Shown: positions 59,727-64,000 of the stretch, piece after piece
How positions within the stretch are numbered: position 1 is the first letter of the stretch
How the letters are laid out: each line of letters starts with the position of its first letter
Origin: Gemmatimonas sp.
GTDB lineage: Bacteria > Gemmatimonadota > Gemmatimonadetes > Gemmatimonadales > Gemmatimonadaceae
Direction: 5' to 3'
DNA length: 64,000 nt
Assembly: GCA_965279375.1 (NCBI GenBank)
Contig: OZ257156.1
Location: 416,001 to 480,000 of the forward strand
The notes under the pieces: model-generated
The model's input: only the letters and a program-made list of their open reading frames with translations
The model's database searches: none
What the model was told of the DNA's origin: nothing
Made by a program: the position numbers and the translations under genes

Positions 59727-60965
59727 ATGACGATTTCCCACCGCCACGGCGCACTTGCCGCAACGGCGCTATCACTGGCACTGGTCAGTGCCTGCGCGAC
59801 CGCCCGGACGTCGGCCACGGGGGAAACGGTGCCCCAGCAAGCGGCGCCAACCACCGCTCCTGCGCCGACCGCGCCTGCATCGGCCGGACGGCCGGCCGCG
59901 GCGACCACCGTGCGCGCCACCGGCGCGGCGCGCGGCTTTCAGGGCGAGATGGACAGCGTGCGTGCTCGGCAGCTCTACGTGAGCAACGATCCCAAGGACC
60001 TGCCCCGCTCCAATTTCGCTGCGGCGATCGTCGCCAAGGCCAAGACTGACAGCATCTATGCCGCCCGCTTCAAGGGGCTCGTGGACTTTCAGAAGATCAC
60101 GTACAAGAGCACGGCCGATGGACAGATGGTGCCGGCATATCTCTTTGCGCCGCTCAACAAGCGCGGTGCGCGCGGCCATGCCGCGATGATCTGGGTGCAC
60201 GGTGGCGTGCATGGCAACTGGGGCGAGAACATGCTGCCCTTCGTGAAGGAAGCGGTGGATCGCGGCTACGTCGTCATCACGCCCGACTATCGCGGCAGCA
60301 CGGGCCACGGCGAAGCGTGGCACATGGCCATCGACTACGGCGGCTATGAGGTGGACGACGCTATGTCGGCGTTCGAGTACATGAAGACGCTGTCGTACGT
60401 GGACACCGCGCGTGTCGGCATGATGGGGTGGAGCCACGGTGGATTCATCGCGACGCTCAACGCGACCAAGCCGGGCAATCCGCTCAAGGCCGCTGCGGCC
60501 ATCGTGCCCGTCACCAACCTGATTTTCCGTCTGTCGTACAAGGGCCCGAGCTATCAGCGCGACTACGCCGCCGAACCGCGCGTTCGCGGGCTCCCATTCG
60601 AGAAGCCCGATGAGTACGTGAAGCGCTCACCGTTGTATCACATCGAGAATCTGAACATCCCGCTGCTCGTCCACGTCGCGACCAACGACCAGGACGTGAA
60701 CTACGTGGAAGATCAGCAGATGGTCTGGAAGCTGCGCGCGCTCAAGCCCGACCTGTCGGAAACGAAGATCTATGTGGATCCGGCTCCTTGGGGCAGCTCT
60801 GTCGGCCACGCCTTCAGCCGTCGCGTCGATCCCGTCACGCTGGCTCGCGTGGACTCTCCCGCGCAGATCGACTCATGGAATCGCACATGGACCTTCTTCG
60901 AGTGGAACCTGCGTCCGTACGAGGATCGGTCGAAGCCGGCGCCACCGGTTCGGACGCAGCCCTGA
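59727..60965 (+). CDS. S9 (prolyl oligopeptidase family) lipoprotein
   Basis: Lipobox VSAC; VHGG, PDYRGSTG.G, GWSHGG nucleophile elbow, D.DV, GH motifs. Confidence 0.92.
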   Translation: MTISHRHGALAATALSLALVSACATARTSATGETVPQQAAPTTAPAPTAPASAGRPAAATTVRATGAARGFQGEMDSVRARQLYVSNDPKDLPRSNFAAAIVAKAKTDSIYAARFKGLVDFQKITYKSTADGQMVPAYLFAPLNKRGARGHAAMIWVHGGVHGNWGENMLPFVKEAVDRGYVVITPDYRGSTGHGEAWHMAIDYGGYEVDDAMSAFEYMKTLSYVDTARVGMMGWSHGGFIATLNATKPGNPLKAAAAIVPVTNLIFRLSYKGPSYQRDYAAEPRVRGLPFEKPDEYVKRSPLYHIENLNIPLLVHVATNDQDVNYVEDQQMVWKLRALKPDLSETKIYVDPAPWGSSVGHAFSRRVDPVTLARVDSPAQIDSWNRTWTFFEWNLRPYEDRSKPAPPVRTQP

Positions 60966-60984
60966 TATCGCCATTTTCGAGCGT

Positions 60985-61011
60985 TGTCGATTTCGGGGGT
61001 CGCCGTTCGTT
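60985..61011 (+). promoter_or_regulatory. Candidate ECF42-type promoter
   Basis: TGTCGA-N17-CGTT upstream of the DGPF/ECF42 pair. TGTCGA is the known ECF42 -35 element. Confidence 0.65.
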
Positions 61012-61068
61012 CTGTTCATGGCTGCACTCATGCCGACGGCAGTCACTTCCCGAACCGGAGTATTTCGG

Positions 61069-61419
61069 ATGGCGCTCTACCTCCTGAACATCATTCAGCC
61101 CGACGGCCCACCACCGCCGCCAGAACAACTTGGCCCGATCATGGCGGACGTCGGTGCCATGCTGGCCGAAACCAAGGCAGCGAACGCGTGGGTTTTCAAT
61201 GGCGGACTCACGCCGCCGAGTACGTCGACGGTCGTCCGCGTGACAAACGGCGAGACCGTCGTCACCGATGGGCCGTACATCGAGGGAAAGGAGTGCATTG
61301 GCGGCTTCATCATCGTGCGTGCTCCGGATCTTGATGCCGCGCTCGAATGGGGTACGAAGCTGGGGCGCGCGACCACGCTGCCGATCGAGGTTCGCGCGTT
61401 CGCGCACGCGAGCGAGTAG
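61069..61419 (+). CDS. YciI/DGPF-family protein
   Basis: [33 protein letters not shown] motifs. Confidence 0.92.
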   Translation: MALYLLNIIQPDGPPPPPEQLGPIMADVGAMLAETKAANAWVFNGGLTPPSTSTVVRVTNGETVVTDGPYIEGKECIGGFIIVRAPDLDAALEWGTKLGRATTLPIEVRAFAHASE

Positions 61420-61424
61420 CTGCC

Positions 61425-62663
61425 ATGTCCGCCGACGCTCGATCAGAGATCGAACGGGTCTTTCGTGAGGCCTACGGTCGCGCGATTGCCGTGCTCTTTC
61501 GAGCGTTCGGCGACATCGATGTCGCGGAAGATGTCGTTGCCGATGCCTTCGTCGTCGCACTCGAGCGGTGGCCATCCGACGGCATACCGCCAAGTCCGGT
61601 CGGGTGGATCGTGACCACGGCCCGCCGACGGGCGATCGATCGCCTGCGACGGGAATCGACCCGCGACGAACGCCACGCGGTGTTCATGGAGTCGGTGCAC
61701 GACTCCACCGGCGACACACTCGACGAGGCGCTGCCGGACGAACGCTTGCGCCTGATGTTCATGTGTTGCCATCCATCGCTCGCCGTGCCCTCGCAGATCG
61801 CGCTCAGCTTGCGACTGCTTGGCGGACTCTCCACTGGTGAGATTGCGCGCGCCTTTCTCGTCCCCGAGGCGACGATGGCACAGCGGCTCGTGCGCGCGAA
61901 GGGGAAGATTCGCGACGCGCGGATTCCATTTCGTGTGCCGGCAGCGCACGAACTGCCGTCGCGCATGCGTGCCGTCCTCCACGTGATCTACCTGATCTTC
62001 AACGAAGGGTACGTGGCCAGCTCGGGCGCGCTGTTGCAACGCGACGAGCTGACCGACGAAGCGATTCGGCTCGCACGCATGGCCAACGCGCTGCTGCCTG
62101 ACGACCACGAGGCGCGTGGCCTGCTCGCACTCATGCTGCTGATCCATGCGCGCCGGTCCACACGTACCACGGCAGACGGCACACTCGTCGCCTTGGCAGA
62201 GCAGACGCGGGAGTTGTGGGATCGCACACTCATCACCGAGGGACACGCCTTGGTGCGCGCATGTCTGCGTGCGAATCAACCGGGTCCGTACCAACTGCAG
62301 GCCGCCATTCAGGCGGTGCACTGCGACGCGACACGCGCCGTGGATACCGACTGGCGCCAAATTCTCGCGTTGTACGATCAACTCGTGGCGCTGACACCCG
62401 ACCCGGTGGTGTCGGTCAACCGCGCGGTCGCGCTCGCGGAGGCGCATGGCGCCGATGCGGCGCTCGCGTCCCTCGACGCACAACCACTCCCGGGCTACTA
62501 CGTCTATCACGCGGTCCGAGCCGACCTGCTGCTTCGGCTCGGCCGCGACGGGGATGCCCGCACCGCGTACGGTCAGGCCGCGGCGCTCACGGAGAATCTC
62601 GTGGAACGCCAGCACCTGCTGTCGCGGCAGGCCCAGACGCTGCTGACGCAACGCAGCGGCTGA
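61425..62663 (+). CDS. ECF42-type RNA polymerase sigma factor with TPR C-terminal extension
   Basis: [66 protein letters not shown] motifs. Confidence 0.94.
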   Translation: MSADARSEIERVFREAYGRAIAVLFRAFGDIDVAEDVVADAFVVALERWPSDGIPPSPVGWIVTTARRRAIDRLRRESTRDERHAVFMESVHDSTGDTLDEALPDERLRLMFMCCHPSLAVPSQIALSLRLLGGLSTGEIARAFLVPEATMAQRLVRAKGKIRDARIPFRVPAAHELPSRMRAVLHVIYLIFNEGYVASSGALLQRDELTDEAIRLARMANALLPDDHEARGLLALMLLIHARRSTRTTADGTLVALAEQTRELWDRTLITEGHALVRACLRANQPGPYQLQAAIQAVHCDATRAVDTDWRQILALYDQLVALTPDPVVSVNRAVALAEAHGADAALASLDAQPLPGYYVYHAVRADLLLRLGRDGDARTAYGQAAALTENLVERQHLLSRQAQTLLTQRSG

Positions 62664-62684
62664 GCCCACCTCGACGTCAGGCGA

Positions 62685-64000
62685 TCAGGGCTGCACCCGC
62701 TTCTTTCGCTGATCGTCGCCCATCTTCTCGATGTCAGCGAGCAGCTTCTTGGCGTCGTAGACGATGCCGTCCTTGATCGTCCACTTGATGCCGCCGTAGT
62801 TCTCGACCTTGCCCGTGGCGTCGTTCAAGCGGAACCAGCCGGTGCCGTACAGCACCTTGAGGTTGGCAACGGGATTCGCGTCGACCACCACGAGATCGGC
62901 GAGCATTCCCGGCTCCACCACGCCGTACTCGATGTGCTTCTTGAGTGGCTTGAAGATCGTTTCAGCGGCGTGCAGCGTTCCCGCGCGAATCGCCTCGGTG
63001 GGCGTGAAGCCTGCCTCCTGCAACAGCTCCAGCTCTTCGATGGTGGAGAAGCCGGGCGTGTTGTAGATGAAACCCGCGTCCGAGCTCGCTGTCACTCGAC
63101 CACCCATGTTCTTGTACTCGTTGACGAACTCCATCCAGACGCGATAGAAGTTGCGCCACTGCACTTCATCGTCCGTGGTCCAGTTGTAGAAATACGCGCC
63201 GTGATTGGTGCGGCTGGGCACGTAGAACTCCATCTGCGTCGGGAGCGTGTACTTGGCGTGCCACGGTTCGTTCATGCGCTTCACCACGTCACGACCCGTC
63301 AGGTACGTCGTCATCGTCGGATCGAGCGTGACGTCGCGCTCGAGCAGATTCTTGAGGAAGGCATTCCACTTGGCGCTGTGCGGCTTCACCAGGCTCCACT
63401 GGCGAGCAACCTGACCAAAACGCGTCTGCTCATCCTGCAGATTGGCGTCGAGTGGCCACGGCTGCACCTGATTGTTCTCGTACATCGACTCGAAGATGCC
63501 ATAGAAGTGCGTGATGGCTTCCAACCCGAGCTTGGTGGCCATGTCGCCATTCATCTGCGCGACGCCTTGCTGCTGCAGGTGCGCCGTCGACCCGAGCCCC
63601 AACTTCTTCGCCTCATCCAACAGCGCCGCCATGATATCCGGACGCTCGGCGCCGAGCTTCAACCCATCGGCGCCATTGGCCTTGGCCCAGCGCACCCACT
63701 CGCGCGCCGTTTCGGGAGTGCGGGGAATGCCCTTCCCCCAGCCGGTGCCGGGGCGCTGATACACGACGTACCGCGGCGCAGCGATCTCGTTCTTTGCGCT
63801 GCGCTCGCGCTCCTTGATGGAGTAGTCGAAGCTGGCAAAGGGCACGCCGCGCACGGTGGTGATGCCATTGGCCAGCCAGAGCTTGTTGTAGTACTCGCTG
63901 TCGGCCGCCTTCTGCTGCGTGCCCTGATGGACGTGCAAGTCCACGAGGCCGGGCATCATGTACATGCCGTTGGCATCCAGTTCCTTCACGGCGCCCTTCG
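62685..64000 (-). CDS. Amidohydrolase family protein, 5' end beyond window
   Basis: MPGLVDLHVH, TAH, THFY, SSDAG, ELELLQEAGF, G.LADLVVVD.NP motifs; frame open to the edge. Confidence 0.9.
   Translation of the reverse strand, partial: KGAVKELDANGMYMMPGLVDLHVHQGTQQKAADSEYYNKLWLANGITTVRGVPFASFDYSIKERERSAKNEIAAPRYVVYQRPGTGWGKGIPRTPETAREWVRWAKANGADGLKLGAERPDIMAALLDEAKKLGLGSTAHLQQQGVAQMNGDMATKLGLEAITHFYGIFESMYENNQVQPWPLDANLQDEQTRFGQVARQWSLVKPHSAKWNAFLKNLLERDVTLDPTMTTYLTGRDVVKRMNEPWHAKYTLPTQMEFYVPSRTNHGAYFYNWTTDDEVQWRNFYRVWMEFVNEYKNMGGRVTASSDAGFIYNTPGFSTIEELELLQEAGFTPTEAIRAGTLHAAETIFKPLKKHIEYGVVEPGMLADLVVVDANPVANLKVLYGTGWFRLNDATGKVENYGGIKWTIKDGIVYDAKKLLADIEKMGDDQRKKRVQP

Noticed and set aside
1..64000. 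tRNA, rRNA, IS elements, prophage
   Set aside because: No such signatures seen; intergenic gaps are short and no transposase, integrase or phage protein motifs were found.

Overview
GC-rich, densely coding bacterial chromosome segment with about 50 CDS. Gemmatimonadota is the likely source; this is an inference from high GC together with SusC/SusD-like genes, a Hanks-type kinase and many exported peptidases. I saw no rRNA, tRNA, CRISPR array, transposase or integrase. Left to right: a CotH-like secreted kinase plus DUF4956 membrane protein divergent from a PafA-type phosphatase; an HNH nuclease; an MCP and a PAS-GGDEF-EAL protein converging on a small insert that contains a displaced copy of part of the EAL 3' region; a fused E1 alpha/beta 2-oxoacid dehydrogenase divergent from paaG-H-I-J-Y-Z; two histidine kinases, one with an ETR1-like ethylene-binding domain; assorted hydrolases and transporters; a KirBac-like channel with a non-canonical filter; a tartrate dehydrogenase/SDR/symporter/M20 cluster; a SusC/SusD-like operon with a NylC-type P1 hydrolase; a DUF305 plus LVIVD beta-propeller pair; more peptidases; and an ECF42 sigma/DGPF module. 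Best leads: the ETR1-like kinase, the DUF305/LVIVD putative copper module, the TTTGTG-filter channel, the kinase/DUF4956/phosphatase module, the displaced EAL fragment and the E1-paa link. Family calls come from motif recognition by eye, not database searches. Start codons are best estimates.
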